Positions 1 to 12,858 of a stretch of 64,000 nt of DNA are shown piece after piece (position 1 is the first letter of the stretch; each line of letters begins with the position of its first letter). The translations under genes and the position numbers were made by a program. The notes beneath the pieces were generated by a model. The model ran no database searches. It had not been told where the DNA came from and saw nothing but the letters and a program-made list of their open reading frames with translations. The DNA lies in NCBI GenBank assembly GCA_021613535.1, contig CP075496.1, positions 15,004,001 through 15,068,000 on the forward strand. The letters are read 5' to 3'. Origin of the DNA: Adineta vaga (taxonomy: Eukaryota > Animalia > Rotifera).

Positions 1-230
1 GGCTTCGAAACAATAATATTTGAAAAGGGAATTGCTAGAGAATTTGCAGGACAATTGAGTGAAATGATACATCAACGACGAAATCGATATTTTATTGAAC
101 AAAATGAAAATAAAGGATCACATTTACTATACCAGAACCATTAGCACCAATGGCAACGATAGATATTACTGGAACTGACATGAAAACTGGAAATGAATAC
201 ATCTACGAACCTTTATCAAACGTTCTATAA
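1..230 (+). pseudogene. 3' end of an unidentified coding region, apparently frameshifted
   Basis: Frame 1 reads GFETIIFEKGIAREFAGQLSEM...; a shifted frame continues FTIPEPLAPMATIDITG...NVL*. Family not recognised. Confidence 0.3.
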
Positions 231-649
231 AATAGAGACCGGTGGACAAGGAATTTTCTGTTTCATCCCGTTCCCTCTTGCCCCGCCTATCCTATGAAGA
301 TTTTTCAACAAGATATTTTAGATGAACAATCATTAGCTTAATATTTTTAAACTGTATCTTATTATATATTTTCACAATGAATTTGCTCTACATGATTGAA
401 AAATATAAATTCATTTGGACCTATGTATAAAATTTGAGAAACTTCTATTGATACTACAGAAAATATTTTAACCATCATTCCTGTAGCAAATATATAAAAT
501 ATAAGCTATTGGTAAATTTACGGGAATAAAAAGATTCAGTTTTTTTTCATACAGACAGTTTTGGAAAGCTCAATTGAACTATATAAGAAACATCACAATA
601 AATCTTTTATTCGATTGCACTTCAAAGAATTTTTTCTATTATACAGGTG

Positions 650-651
<2 letters not shown>

Positions 652-706
<55 letters not shown>

Positions 707-730
707 TATATATATATAGAGAGAGAGAGA
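652..730. repeat. (TA)n/(GA)n compound microsatellite
   Basis: Directly visible dinucleotide runs. Confidence 0.95.
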
Positions 731-1199
731 AATAGTGATAGATACATAGTACTCGCCTTACGCTATCAAATGACGAAAAAACAATCGAAACGTCTGAGAT
801 CGAAATTATCCTAACGAGGAAACTTCCAGCAAATTTGTAACGATATTTAGAAATAGAAAAAAGGTAAAGCAGGGTTTACGAAGGCAATATGCATAATTTT
901 GATGCGGTGTAGATGTCCTATAACATTTTCTACTATTTTTGTTCACGATCTTTCATATTAATTTAAAAAACTATTGTATAAAAAAGAGTTAAAGCATATG
1001 CAGTATTTTTGATATTATTAGACTGAAATAGTTCAACTTCATCAGATAATCTAAATATATGGCTCAAAACTAAAAACTGAATCAAGACTTTTGATCATCA
1101 CTATATTTAATAAAAACATACGGTTCTAAAAAAAGTCATTGTTTTTCTTTTTGTAGAAAAATAACGAATAAATAATTAACAGATTTGGTGCAATGGTTA

Positions 1200-1860
1200 A
1201 TGATAAAAGAAATATTCCTCGCGGAACAATTCAATTCAATATCACTGTTCTTCAATGTGATTGATTTGACGATCGTCAATTATGGCGAATCACTACCAAA
1301 GATAAAAAATGTTTTTATGGTCGATATTTGATTGGTGCTTATAGTTTATTATCCAACGGATATCAAAAGATTCGAAACATTTCAAGGTAAAATGTGTCAT
1401 ATAGCTGAATGGAATGATGAAATTAGTTCTCAAGGAAAGCGAGTTGCTATGGTTAGTACAGGTTCAAATGCGATACAACGTATTCTTCAATTACATAAAA
1501 ATCATGGTGTATTTCGTGTCTTTATGTTTTTCAACGAACATCACCTTGAGTTATTGCTTTAAAAAATCGAATATTAACATGATTTGAGAAGAAACTATTT
1601 ACCAATTTTACATTTCTATTCGAGCTTGTATTTAGTGGAGACTCGAATCAATGGTTTTATCATTTGTTTATCGAGCACCGATTCGTTTTGTTGCACAAAA
1701 TTTAGTTCAAAACATCTTTTTCTTATAAGTTAAAGATCGAAAATTACATGAGAAATTAATGCCGAAATCAGATTATGATTGTAAACGAAATTTAGTAACT
1801 CTTGTTACAAATCAACTAACTATGCCTGCTATTATTTTTCTTTCTGCTCTTCAATAAGAA
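1200..1860 (+). pseudogene. Baeyer-Villiger/flavin monooxygenase pseudogene
   Basis: BVMO fingerprint FxGxxxHxxxW (FQGKMCHIAEW), degenerate Rossmann motif GKRVAMVSTGSNAIQ, VFQRTSP and KLMPKSDYDCKR in shifting frames with stops. Confidence 0.75.
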
Positions 1861-2632
1861 AAAGTTCGAAGTTCTTCTTTGGATACCTAAACAACATACT
1901 TGATCTATTGACATGTCCAATCAGACTAACGACAATTAGCCGTACTATCACAAAGATGATGAAACGAACAATAATAGCGATCTTGACCATTGTTACGTCA
2001 GTGAACAATATGAAAATTTCAAATAATCTCTATAATATAGGAGAAAATGGGATAGAACTACGTATTTTAATCTTAAAAGGATTGAATTTCATTTCTGAAA
2101 TCGGTAATACTGCCTCTCTAGTGAGTCTGTTAGTCTATCTCGACGAATTGACTATGATCAATGAACAAAACTTAGAAAAGGATTAAAAAGGGTGGAAATA
2201 AAAGAACTTAGAGGTGTAATGTCGTTTGACTAACAAACATTGATGAAAAACTATGAATTTATCTATAAAAACTCTCTATTAATAAGTTAAGTATCTGAAT
2301 TCGATTCATTCTTATTAAGAAAATTTATTAATTGATTGATGTAAAAGTGAATTTGTTTTAATTGATAAAAGAAAATGTATGGAAAATATTGTGTATCTTT
2401 TTCTAATCATTATCAAACAAAAATCATCGAAATTTTATTTGAAAAAGAATGATAATGTTTGTATAATAACACTTTTGTAAGAGAACAAACATCTCTAATA
2501 AATTGTAAATCTCTTTACTCAAAAACTCATTTGACAAACGCGTGAAAATAAATAATTGTTTCTTTTATTAATGAAACATTAAGATATGTCGTTCATTTCA
2601 TATCAAATCATTAGAAATATTCATATTTGATC

Positions 2633-4456
2633 CTAAAAAATAATACATAAATTATCCAAACAAGTATCCCAATAACCTGTTCCAGTTGGTTGAAGTACAA
2701 TTTTATTCAAACCAGTCCAATTAAATACCTGTGAATATCGTGAATATACATTCAAAGGAATTGTAATATTGTACAATTGTGTACTTGAATAATAACCAGT
2801 TACTAATAGACGATTTCCATTAGCATATGCAGATGACAATTGCCATGATATAACTTGGATAGTTGAATTATTTGGTGATGTTTCAATTATTACAGTACTT
2901 TTTAAGAACGATACATAATCACCAGAAGTACGAGCATAAATACAACCAGTAGTTGAAAATGCAGTTGCATTTATATACTTTCCATTAGTCCAATTAAGTC
3001 CACCATAGTTTGATGGTAGGATACCTTGAACAGGATCTGCTGCTGGTATATTATCAAATGTAAGTGGAATTCCACCCCATGGACATGCTAAAAGACATAA
3101 TTAATGGAATTTATTAGAAACAAAACACGAAAAGTTGCGGTGTGTTTTACTAGTCATGTTATTTATTGACTTACGTGGAGCAGTTGTTGTTGACGTTGAT
3201 GTCGACGACGACGATGTTGTTGATGTTGCTGTTGTCGATGTTGAGGACGTTGTTGTCATTGACGAAGTTGTTGATTGAGATGTTGTTGTTTTGGATGTCG
3301 ACGACGATGATGTTGTCGATGTTGTTGTTGCCGATGTTGAAGAGGTGGTTGATTGGGATGTTGTTGTGTCGGAGGTTGAAGTCGAAGATGATGATGAAGT
3401 TGTTGAATCAGATGTTGAGGTCGAAGATGATGATGAAGTTGTTGAATCAGATGTTGAGGTCGAAGATGATGATGAAGTTGTTGTTGCTGTTGTTGTCACT
3501 GTTGTTGTTGACGTTGATGTTGATGTTGTTGAATCGGATGTTGAGGTCGACGATGATGATGACGAAGTTGTTGTTGTTGTTGTTGACGTTGATGTTGATG
3601 AATCAGATGTTGAGGTCGAAGATGATGATGAAGTTGTTGTTGCTGTTGTTGACGTTGACGTCGATGAATCGGATGTTGAGGTCGAAGATGATGATGAAGT
3701 TGTTATTGTTGTTGTTGTTGACGTTGATGTTGTTGAATCGGATGTTGAGGTCGACGATGATGATGACGAAGTTGTTGAATCAGATGTTGAGGTCGAGGAT
3801 GATGATGATGGAGTTGTTGATTGGAATGTTGTTGAATCGGATGTCAAGGTTGAGAGTGATGATGAAGTTGTTGTTGTGGATTGGGATGTCGAGGTCGAAG
3901 GTGTATTTATTGATGCGGACATCAAGGTTGTTGATGACGCTGGTGTTATAGAAGTCATCGTCGGTTCTATTTCTGAGGAGAAAAGAATAAAACCGAACGA
4001 GTTATAATGAAGAATAAATTCTTTATGTTGAGTTTCTCTACATATCATATGATATTTATGCTCATCTATACAATGAAAATGATCTCGGATGACATAAATA
4101 CGTATTTTTGAGATATACTTACCAGATGGTAATCTTGTTCCACTCATAACTATCATACTTATTGTATTTATATCAGCCAACATATTTTCATTGGAAACAG
4201 TTAAAGTATCAAATAAATCACAGCGATAGGTTAGTTGAGAAAAACTAGCTGCTTTACAAAACATCTTAGTTAAACAACTTGTTTGACAATTTCGAATATT
4301 TGACACAATAAAAGTGTCAAATGGTAAACAAGTGGTGTTAGTACAGGGGAATTTCCATCCATTGTTTATGGAGATAAGAAACGATCGTGTATCTTGTGCA
4401 ATCGATTGATTAATAAATACGAATAACAACAAGAAACAAATATTCATCGAAGGCAT
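2633..4456 (-). CDS. Secreted protein: signal peptide + PAN/Apple-like Cys domain + Ser/Thr mucin stalk + C-terminal beta domain (3 exons)
   Basis: MNICFLLLFVFINQSIAQ signal; Cys pattern CQTSC...CKAASF...CDLF; GT-AG introns near 4122-3974 and 3174-3088; last exon CPWGGIPLTFDNI...DNLCIIF*. Confidence 0.8.
3180..3960. repeat. Coding low-complexity tandem repeat (TTSSSSSTSTSDS units)
   Basis: Repeated GAATCAGATGTTGAGGTCGAAGATGATGATGAAGTTGTT-like units. Confidence 0.9.
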
Positions 4457-5517
4457 GAAAAAAGGAACTTGATTTGCCTGAAAAGATAGAAGAATCAGTA
4501 GTTTATTTAGTTCTGAAAATTGTTTTATTCTTCCTTCTTCTCTCCTTACATTCAACGTCATAGAATGTTTTCATTTATAAAATGACAAAACAGTTGTTTG
4601 ACGTTGTTTCTCTTTGAGTTTTTCTCGTGTGTTCTTATTCCTGACTTTTGTGCAGATAGAAAAAGAAAACAAAAAATGAATGTATAGTTTACTAAATTAA
4701 AACGTCGTTTTCAACCTCGATGTAATTTCAATCCATATAAAACACTAATAGAAATGTTTTTGCTAATGATAATTAAAAACTATAATTATTCAACATTGTA
4801 TTTTATCATTGTTATGTTGCTATGGCATGAGCTAAGTGTATGAAAAACAGTAAATTCACACAGTACTTGATTAATATTCAGAACTAACGAGAAGGGCAGC
4901 TGTTATTTGTATGATTTCTGCGCATTTATGCGAATAAAAATAATGTTGATGTGATTAAAAAAGACGTATGATAATATACTGAAATTGAAATCTTTATAAC
5001 ACATATTTATTCTCTCAAACAAACTAGAATTTGTTCAGCGTTGCCAACAAAATGCCTCATTTTTAGCATCAGAAAAATTTTATTTTGATAATAATAGAAG
5101 AGAATCCATTCTTTAACTAATTTTCACTTTGTAAATTAAATCTTTCAACTTCAACAGTCTGTTGCATGCTGTATAAACACAAAACAATATAGAAAATATA
5201 TCTCTGCTGTATTCAATCAGTTGTATTTGTATCGAATGTAATCATTGAAGCGACATGAAAGAATTGTTCTATTCATCCGATACGATGATTAGTATTTCTG
5301 AATAAATTAGTAAAAATCTATTCTGATGAATTCATTAATTTGTTATTTAGAGAAATCATCTTTATGATATTGATGTTAAACAGAAATACAAATGAGACCA
5401 TATTAAATTTAATTTTTAACGATATTCATGATCAAAGTTTCAAATATCTTCTCAATATTTTATAAAATAATCGAATAATTTAAATTAAATTTCATTTCGT
5501 TCAAATTTACGATACAA

Positions 5518-5594
5518 TTGAGGATGTGAGTGTGTTGATGGATATACATGAAACTATGCTCTGAACTTACACTCTCACCAATACCCACACTCGA
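5518..5594. repeat. Telomere-like hairpin junction motif (copy 1)
   Basis: TTGAGGATGTGAGTGTG ... ACTCTCACCAATACCCACACTCGA. Confidence 0.75.
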
Positions 5595-5904
5595 TTATGG
5601 GTTATGGACTATATCTTTCTATAGTATTGAGAACAGTTGTTTTGTCAAGTTGGTTTTGGATGTTACTTTATGACATTTTCACAAAGCATACGTTTATATG
5701 TAGATTAGGTAAATTAACCCAGTGAGAATGATGCACCATATAGCTTTATACTATAGTTTGATATGAAAGAATACATCTAATGAAGTTCGAAAAGGTTTCT
5801 ATTTCGAGTTTCATTAGCAGAATACTTTAAAACATAATAAAAAAACTTCGTATTTGTTTTGTTTCTGGTTGTAAAAACTGACGAACTATTTTTATGTTTC
5901 AATA

Positions 5905-6320
5905 AAAAATCAATTGAACTTCTGAGTATTCTACAGAATTTTGTATATCCTTTTTTGAAGTAACAAGAAGACGATAACTAACAAATGGTATCGAAGGATT
6001 AGTCATTGCTTGTAACACACCGAATTTTGATCGTCCAGGATCAGAGATGAGTCCTGAGGAACCATTATAGATCAAAGTTCAACTTGATCCCAAAGTAAGA
6101 GTCGATCCATTGAAATTACTTTCTTCGATAGTCACTGTCAGCAGATCCTGTTTTACATAAGCGGCATTTGTACCTAAACGAAATGGCCCAAGTCTCATTG
6201 GTCTATAGTACCTATTGTTATATAGAAACCAGTGTTTTCTCCACATTGTTTACCACCAGCAGTTGTATTCCATATTACATATACAATCTCATTTGTTTGC
6301 TTAAATAATGTCACATCTAT
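5905..6320 (-). pseudogene. Remnant of an uncharacterised lineage-expanded extracellular domain gene
   Basis: Reads VIWNTTAGG...NTGFYIT...LTVTIEESN...LGSS*TLIYNGSSGLISDPGR...SYRLLVTSK...VEYSEVQL with an internal stop. Confidence 0.55.
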
Positions 6321-6426
6321 TAAAATGAAAAAGGAAATTAATTTTTCTGTATGTATATTATATGTTATAATATGTAAAATTTGAATGTTCAGTCATGTAA
6401 AATAAAATAGTTATTATGAGAATACT

Positions 6427-7228
6427 TCCTATTCCCAAAAGTTACACATTCCGGAATCGCTTAATCCACACTACTAATGACAGTTCAATTCCGGAATTCC
6501 TCTTATTCCAATCCGGAACTGCTTGATTCCATTCCTACAAATGCTATCAAATTCCTGCTTATTCCGGAATAGCTAAGATATATTAGTTGAAGAAAAGATC
6601 ATCCTAAACGCTCAACTGAATTTCCGAGCGGAATTCCGGAATTCATGCATATCCGGAGCAACTGGGATTTGGCAGGAATTCCTGCATTTCCTGCACATTC
6701 CTGCCTATTCTGGATATGCACGAATTCCGGAATTCCGCTTTTACTTTTCATGGCTACTAATGTATGATTATCTGGTTATACTATATAGATTCGCAATTCC
6801 GGAATGTGTAGGAATTCCTGTATTTCCTAGTAAATCCGGAATTGCTAAGATATGTTAGTTGAAGAATACGCCAACCTCATCAATCGATCGAAATCCCGAG
6901 CGGAATTCCGGAATTCCGCTTTTACTTTTTATGGCTACTTATGCAGGGTTATGTGATTATACTATATAGATTTGCAATTGCGGAATAGGCAGGAATTCCT
7001 GGTCATTTCTTGTGGGTGCAATGCTAGGAATGCACATCCATCTGCACGTTAATCCTTTTCTATATGTCAGACAATTCCGGAATTGGCAGGAGTTGCTAGG
7101 AATTAGATTGGATCAGTAATAATCGAGTATAAGGAATTCCGGAATGGGATGAGATGAATTCCGGAATTGAATGACAGTCACTTTAGTGGGTCAAACAATT
7201 CCGGAATGTGTAACTTTTTGGAATAGGA
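6427..7228. mobile_element. MITE with long terminal inverted repeats, rich in TTCCGGAA palindromes
   Basis: TCCTATTCCCAAAAGTTACACATTCCGGAAT at the left end and ATTCCGGAATGTGTAACTTTTTGGAATAGGA at the right; internal duplicated blocks; no clear TSD. Confidence 0.85.
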
Positions 7229-7835
7229 TGACTGCTCGAAAAATAATGGTTCCTATTGAGAACGTGTTGTTCAATGAGTTGAATATAAATATGTGGTTTT
7301 CTAATGGAAAAAAAGACGTAAAAATCTATAATGTTATTTCGAAAGAAATTGAGATATTCTTGATTTTTGCTTTAGTAACAATTATTTATTCGACAGATTT
7401 TAAAGAAAAATAAAGAACACATACCATATATATATTTATTTGTTAAAATACTGAAACACTTAAGGAGAAAATACTAGAAAGACTCTTTTTCTTTTTATCA
7501 TACATCCTTTTTCTTTGTTTTCCTCTGTCTTCATCCACTGACTAACGTCTTAAATTGAAGTGTGGCAATAAATTATAATATCGTATTATTATCAAACAAA
7601 AACTATGTTTTCAATTTTAGTTTTATTGACACTTTTTATTCTTTATTATTTTATTAGAGAAAATTATTGTAACCACAGAAAGAGAAATATAATTCAATGG
7701 TTTATAAGATAACGATCACAGTATATTATTGTACTTTTTTTAATCTATCATACGACTAATCTTGGTAAAGTATTCACTTAGTGATAAAGAACATTTTTCA
7801 TATTGTTTTTATTAAATCACGAGCTCGTTGTTTTA

Positions 7836-7970
7836 GAGAACTCAGTGTGAATGTGACTTAAACGTGAAGAATACATCCATACTCTCACTCGGACCCTCAG
7901 GAATGTAAAAAGAAGCGAGCATATACATGAGTTTGAATAAAAAAAACATATCTACACCCTCACACCCTAA
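7836..7970. repeat. Telomere-like junction motif (copy 2; two C-rich arms)
   Basis: ACATCCATACTCTCACTCGGACCCTCAG (7873-7900) and TCTACACCCTCACACCCTAA (7951-7970); weak G-rich arm AGTGTGAATGTGA upstream. Confidence 0.6.
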
Positions 7971-7984
7971 ACAATATGTTTTTT

Positions 7985-8119
7985 AACGGTTTTCGTTTAA
8001 CTAGTCTGTCGTTCAGACCGGTTTTCGTTTAATCGCTTTTTCTATTAGAGCGGTTTTCGTTTTAGAACGGTTAACTGTATACGGTGAAGCGGTGAATAAC
8101 CGTTACCGTTGCATCCCTA
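7985..8119. mobile_element. End of a hAT-like element with CGGTTTTCGTTT subterminal repeats
   Basis: Three CGGTTTTCGTTT repeats ending in GCATCCCTA (reverse complement TAGGGATGC). Confidence 0.55.
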
Positions 8120-8340
8120 ACAATCACCAACAGACTTTCATCCGTACGATCATCTTATAACGATTTCCTTTGAATTTCTGTGTAACTCACTTCGGCTATT
8201 CATTGAATAGTCGATTCTTCATGGAATAGTGATGCGAAGAAAAAGAATAAAACGTGAAAAAAAATCATTTTTCTATCAGGCTCTTTTTTCTATTGTGTCG
8301 CACATCTCACATCAAATATATTCTATCTATCTGAGACAAA
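8120..8340 (+). repeat. About 220-bp dispersed repeat, copy A (copy B at 20297-20540)
   Basis: ACAATCACCAACAGACTTTCATCCGTACG ... CTGAGACAAA is nearly identical at both loci. Confidence 0.9.
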
Positions 8341-9392
8341 CCCAGGTCGAAACCATCCCATCGGATCCTGTCGGATCCCTATATAATCCGGCAACATCCG
8401 ATGGTCGGCACATCCAGGAATCGACAGCAGGATCCAGAGAGTTCCGACATACGGAACCTGTCAGATCTCACATAATCCGACTGTCGGAAAGTGTCGGAAC
8501 CGTCAGGGCTTTATACTATCAAATACTATGTGATCTACTCCAGTCAATTCTTACTGATGATAGGTTTTTCAATCGTCTTTAGACAATATTTGACTCATTA
8601 TAACTGATATTTATCAGTATGTTTGCAAGAAGTAGATGTTTATTATTTAGAAAGATTAAATGTACGCTTAAGCGACATCTATTAACAGTTTTTCTAGATG
8701 GTCAGCAAGTCATGTGACGATCTGTTTGAAAAAATGTTCATTTCGTTCGTTCATTTCTTCGACATGATACAGTCATTTTTACTTCCTTTCTACTCGAATT
8801 ATATTTGTAAAAAATTTTTATTAACAATTGTATTTTGTCTTAATTTTAGAATCGAATATTTAATATAAAATTTTTTTTTATAGATGAACAATTTTTTTTA
8901 ATTTTTTTAATTTTAGAACAAAATAGTTCATTTCAACTTCTTTTTTTTATATATTAATAATTTTATTTTATTTTTTCCATTTTGGAATCGAATATTTTAT
9001 CTGAAATTTTTTTTTATACACTAACAGTTTAAAAAAAATCTTTTCTATGAAAAGATTCCTTAGGTAAAAATTGTTTTTCAACTATCTATTTGTCTTTTTT
9101 TTATAATATAGTCTTTTCGTTGTTTTATATAAATATAAAATTTGAAAAAAGTAATGAAAATCCTGGGTATGAAAACCTGTAAAAAACCTGCTGGATCCTG
9201 TCGGCTCCGGGTGTCGGAAATCGGCGGATCCGACATCCGATCATTTCCGGTCGGATTCCTGTACCAAAGATTCTGGCGATTTCCGACACGGATCCTGTCG
9301 GAAGTTGTCGGATTCCTGACGGAATTCATCGGATTTAGTAGGGTTTCCGACAGGATCCGACGGTATGCGGATCCCGGATTACTCGTCCTGGG
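8341..9392. mobile_element. Non-autonomous CCCAGG...CCTGGG element (CMC/EnSpm-like)
   Basis: CCCAGG and CCTGGG termini, AA on both flanks (possible 2-bp TSD), GGATCC/TCCGAC-rich subterminal arrays. Confidence 0.7.
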
Positions 9393-9533
9393 AAGATCTA
9401 ATTCAAAAAATTCTGTTGATAAAATTTAGGATGTTTTGAAATAAATCATGGCGAATATGAATTTATTTAAAAATAGTATGATTAAAATAAAGAAATGCAA
9501 AAAGTTAGATAGTTTATAGAGATATGTGATGGA

Positions 9534-10745
9534 TTAAGGTAAGTTCCATTCACTTTTATTGGATGAACGACGACGGCGACTTAATCCAGTATCTTCTTTT
9601 GGTAAAATGTAATCGTAATCATACTTTTTACCCTTATCCAAACGACCATAGATCTTCCATTCCCACGGATATACACCCTTGTTACAAGTTAATCCAACAT
9701 TTGTATAACCAGGTTCGCATTCTTTCAAACAATCTTCAGATGCTTCATCATCACCTGCCAAACATTCAGATTGATAACAACCAGCACTTTTTACTTTATA
9801 CGTTGGACTTCCTGAGCAAGCACGCTCGTGATTTGAATCGAACGGACTCTGCTTAGTTGGATGAGTACTAATGCCATCGGGACCCCAAGAAAAACCTCCG
9901 TTCTCATCAGCAGCCATCCAAGCTTCATCATCACTATCAAGACTAACGAGATTATCCCAAGTGTGCATATAATCAGCGCTTGTTTTTGGATTACGAAAGT
10001 CAGCATAATAAGCACAATTACCAGCACCGGCTGGACCAACAGAATTTTTATCATGATAAGAGCCATGAGCAATTTTTCCCACATAGATGACTGGATGATC
10101 GCCAGCACTGTCGAAACCGCGAGAACCGGCGCAGCGTCCTGTACCTGAAGGAGTACAGGGAGCATCTCGTGGACCTGAGATACGCGTGTAATGACCATCG
10201 TGTTGGAAAAGACTAACAGCAGCCACTTTACTATTATCTTCAGTGAGAATAACCATAATATGTTCCCAATCTCCATTATGTGCCCCTTCACCATTGTAAC
10301 ATGGATGTTGATAACCATAAAACCACCAATACAGAATGCGAATTTGTTTTCCATCATTACGAAGCCTATAATAGGTTGGAATGCTTCCATTATTTATTGT
10401 TTTTATTTCTGTATTTTCTTTTCGAAAGGAGCTTGACGTATCTTTCTTCATGGCATCGTAATATGTTTGAACTGACATTGGGTATCCTATTGCAGCACGG
10501 TCAAAACGAAGTTCTGGCGCAAATTTTTCTACATATGCACGATATTGTGCTTGTACAGCATCACCGTCCACGCCGTCTTTTGGTTTAATGTCTAGATTGA
10601 TCTTGATCGACTTTTTAAGATAAGACATACGACGATTATATTGAAGTTCTTCTTCTGAACTTTCATCCGAGTCAATACCAATTGATTGTACAAACCAAAA
10701 CTGCCATACACAAATAAGCACAATGGTGAAAACTAATATGTTCAT
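9534..10745 (-). CDS. Secreted Vps62/NPP1-like domain protein with Cys-rich C-terminus, intronless
   Basis: Signal peptide; KFAPELRF, YWWFYGYQ, HNGDWEH, HPVIYVGKIAHGSY motifs; 403-aa intact ORF. Confidence 0.75.
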   Translation of the reverse strand: MNILVFTIVLICVWQFWFVQSIGIDSDESSEEELQYNRRMSYLKKSIKINLDIKPKDGVDGDAVQAQYRAYVEKFAPELRFDRAAIGYPMSVQTYYDAMKKDTSSSFRKENTEIKTINNGSIPTYYRLRNDGKQIRILYWWFYGYQHPCYNGEGAHNGDWEHIMVILTEDNSKVAAVSLFQHDGHYTRISGPRDAPCTPSGTGRCAGSRGFDSAGDHPVIYVGKIAHGSYHDKNSVGPAGAGNCAYYADFRNPKTSADYMHTWDNLVSLDSDDEAWMAADENGGFSWGPDGISTHPTKQSPFDSNHERACSGSPTYKVKSAGCYQSECLAGDDEASEDCLKECEPGYTNVGLTCNKGVYPWEWKIYGRLDKGKKYDYDYILPKEDTGLSRRRRSSNKSEWNLP

Positions 10746-12099
10746 TTGAAGATTTTGTTTTAGAATATGACTGAATATAGGTGAAGCTATATTAATGCTA
10801 TATATATATGATCATAATTATACGGTGTCATTCATATCGATGATAAACACAAACAGATAATAAACTTGTTTTTTTAATATTTTTGCGTTGGAGAGAAAAT
10901 ACTTTAGAACGTACTAAGTACGTTTATGCTTTATCCATTAGTACGTACTAAAAAATACTACCTTGGATGCACAATTACTCTTTAATGTTCTCCTTCGTTT
11001 GACCTGTCGTATATTTTACCTTGAAATATAAATAAACAATCTATTTTTGTTGATATAGAAGATTTTGACGATATATTTTTTGAATCTATTTCTTGATACA
11101 ACCAAAGAAATAATTCTCATTTTCAATTCATTTGTTAACATGCACTGACCATAAACATTCAAATTTGTATTTGATTGAATTTCAGTTGAATCAAACTTAA
11201 ATGTTCGAAGTCATTTCAACGAGTCTTAAGAATAACTCACTATAATGACATATTGAGACAAACAGAGATTATTCTTTTTCATTTTGCACATCAAATTTAT
11301 ATTAGTTAAATTATTAAAATAATATATTTCTAATTAATTATTTGTTATTCACGTCAATGTTTTCAGAGGCCAGAATCCTCAGTATCTTACAAAATATCTT
11401 TCGGAATTATTACATAAATACTCGAAAACAGACCGTATTCGTGTGAAAAAGCGCCGTATACTAAAATTTCCCATCCTACTAAATAATTACCAATCACAAT
11501 TTACAACAAAATCAACAACCATTCATAATAAAATTCTCATCAATTTTCACATCAATTGCATTCAGCATTCATTGGTACTCCGACTCTGTTTCACTGTGAC
11601 ATGCAGTTTTCAGTGATATCACTATAGGATTTCGTTCTGATTTCAGTTAATTTCTCGCCAAAAACCAGTTTTCTCCTCGTTAATGTAAAGAAAGAAAATA
11701 TTTCAGTCGCTCCTTGATGTTATTAAAATTCTTGCTATTTTATTCGATTTAGCTAATTTCTTTGAAAATCTGGTTCTATATTTTAGTAGTCGGACAGAAA
11801 ACGATAGTATACGATCCATATGCAGTGGTCCATGAAAAAAAGCATGGAAACAGCACGCAGGACAGCTCTGTATACTATAACCGGATCTAGATTTCAAATC
11901 AAGAATATCTACTATAATATATCACGTCTTGATCTGGAAAGTCAACAATTAAATGAACACTTTGACATTTATAATAAGAAAAAATCGGACAAATAGTCGC
12001 TGAAAAATAAAAAGAGAATCAAAACAATTATTGAACTTTACGGCAATTAATTTTATTGTCTTTCATCCAACAAGACAATCGCTTTTTCTTTGTTTATTT

Positions 12100-12702
12100 T
12101 TTCACAATGGTATCCATTGATAATTTAAAATTATCGATCAACATCATAATTATTCGACAAGTATCAGATATATCAATAAGTAGAAAATATACATGGGTAT
12201 CTTTTTATATTTAGCACTTTTGTATAATCGATTAAGATTTTATCAAAGTACATCATAGAATCCGAATGCCATAACTTTCACCGAGAATAACACAATTGAA
12301 ATGAATTCATATGAGATTTTTGTACCAAGTTACGAGTATAACCGTATTTTGATTTGGTCTATAGTGGACGTTCTACATGGACAAATAATATTTCCGATAT
12401 AATATAATAAGTTCGTATTGTGCCTTTGTTATACAGCAACAGATGAGATTTATGTTAATAATAACAATCTCTTAGATCGAATTGACAAATGTATTGATAT
12501 TTTTATCCTTCAAAGTATGACAATCATCAACATAATACTTGGAAATATATTGACAATTATTAATGGTATTGGTATAGCAGGAAACACATTAGATATTCTC
12601 AATAGTCCTTATGGAGAATTTGTTAATTCAGATGATTTTATGTTTATTGCCTGTACCCTCTTGACAGTTAACATGAAAATTTGTTTTGATTATATTTATT
12701 AA
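12100..12702 (+). pseudogene. Degraded NHL-repeat gene remnant
   Basis: GIGIAGNTLDILNSPYGEFVN matches the NHL repeat pattern; surrounding frames are broken. Confidence 0.5.
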
Positions 12703-12723
12703 GCAATAAATAATAGAATGAAA

Positions 12724-12858
12724 CAGAGATGGATAAGTCAAGTCAAGCCATATTTAGTGAAGTTCCATATAGATACTTTCTGAGCAGTTTCGTTTCTGTT
12801 CATGATCAGATATACAAGTGACTTTAGATATGGCTATGACTTAACTTGACCATCTCCG
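12724..12858. mobile_element. 135-bp hAT-type MITE
   Basis: Inverted termini CAGAGATGG..AGTCAAGCCATAT and ATATGGCTATGACTT..CCATCTCCG; 8-bp TSD GAATGAAA/GAATAAAA (7 of 8 match). Confidence 0.75.

Noticed and set aside
3166-4007. Long plus-strand ORFs (Met/Leu-rich and Val/Asp-rich)
   Set aside because: Antisense shadows of the Ser/Thr repeat exon on the minus strand.
8229-9429. ORFs 8229-8582, 9078-9329 and 9142-9429
   Set aside because: They arise from GC-rich subterminal repeats of a non-autonomous element; no protein motifs.
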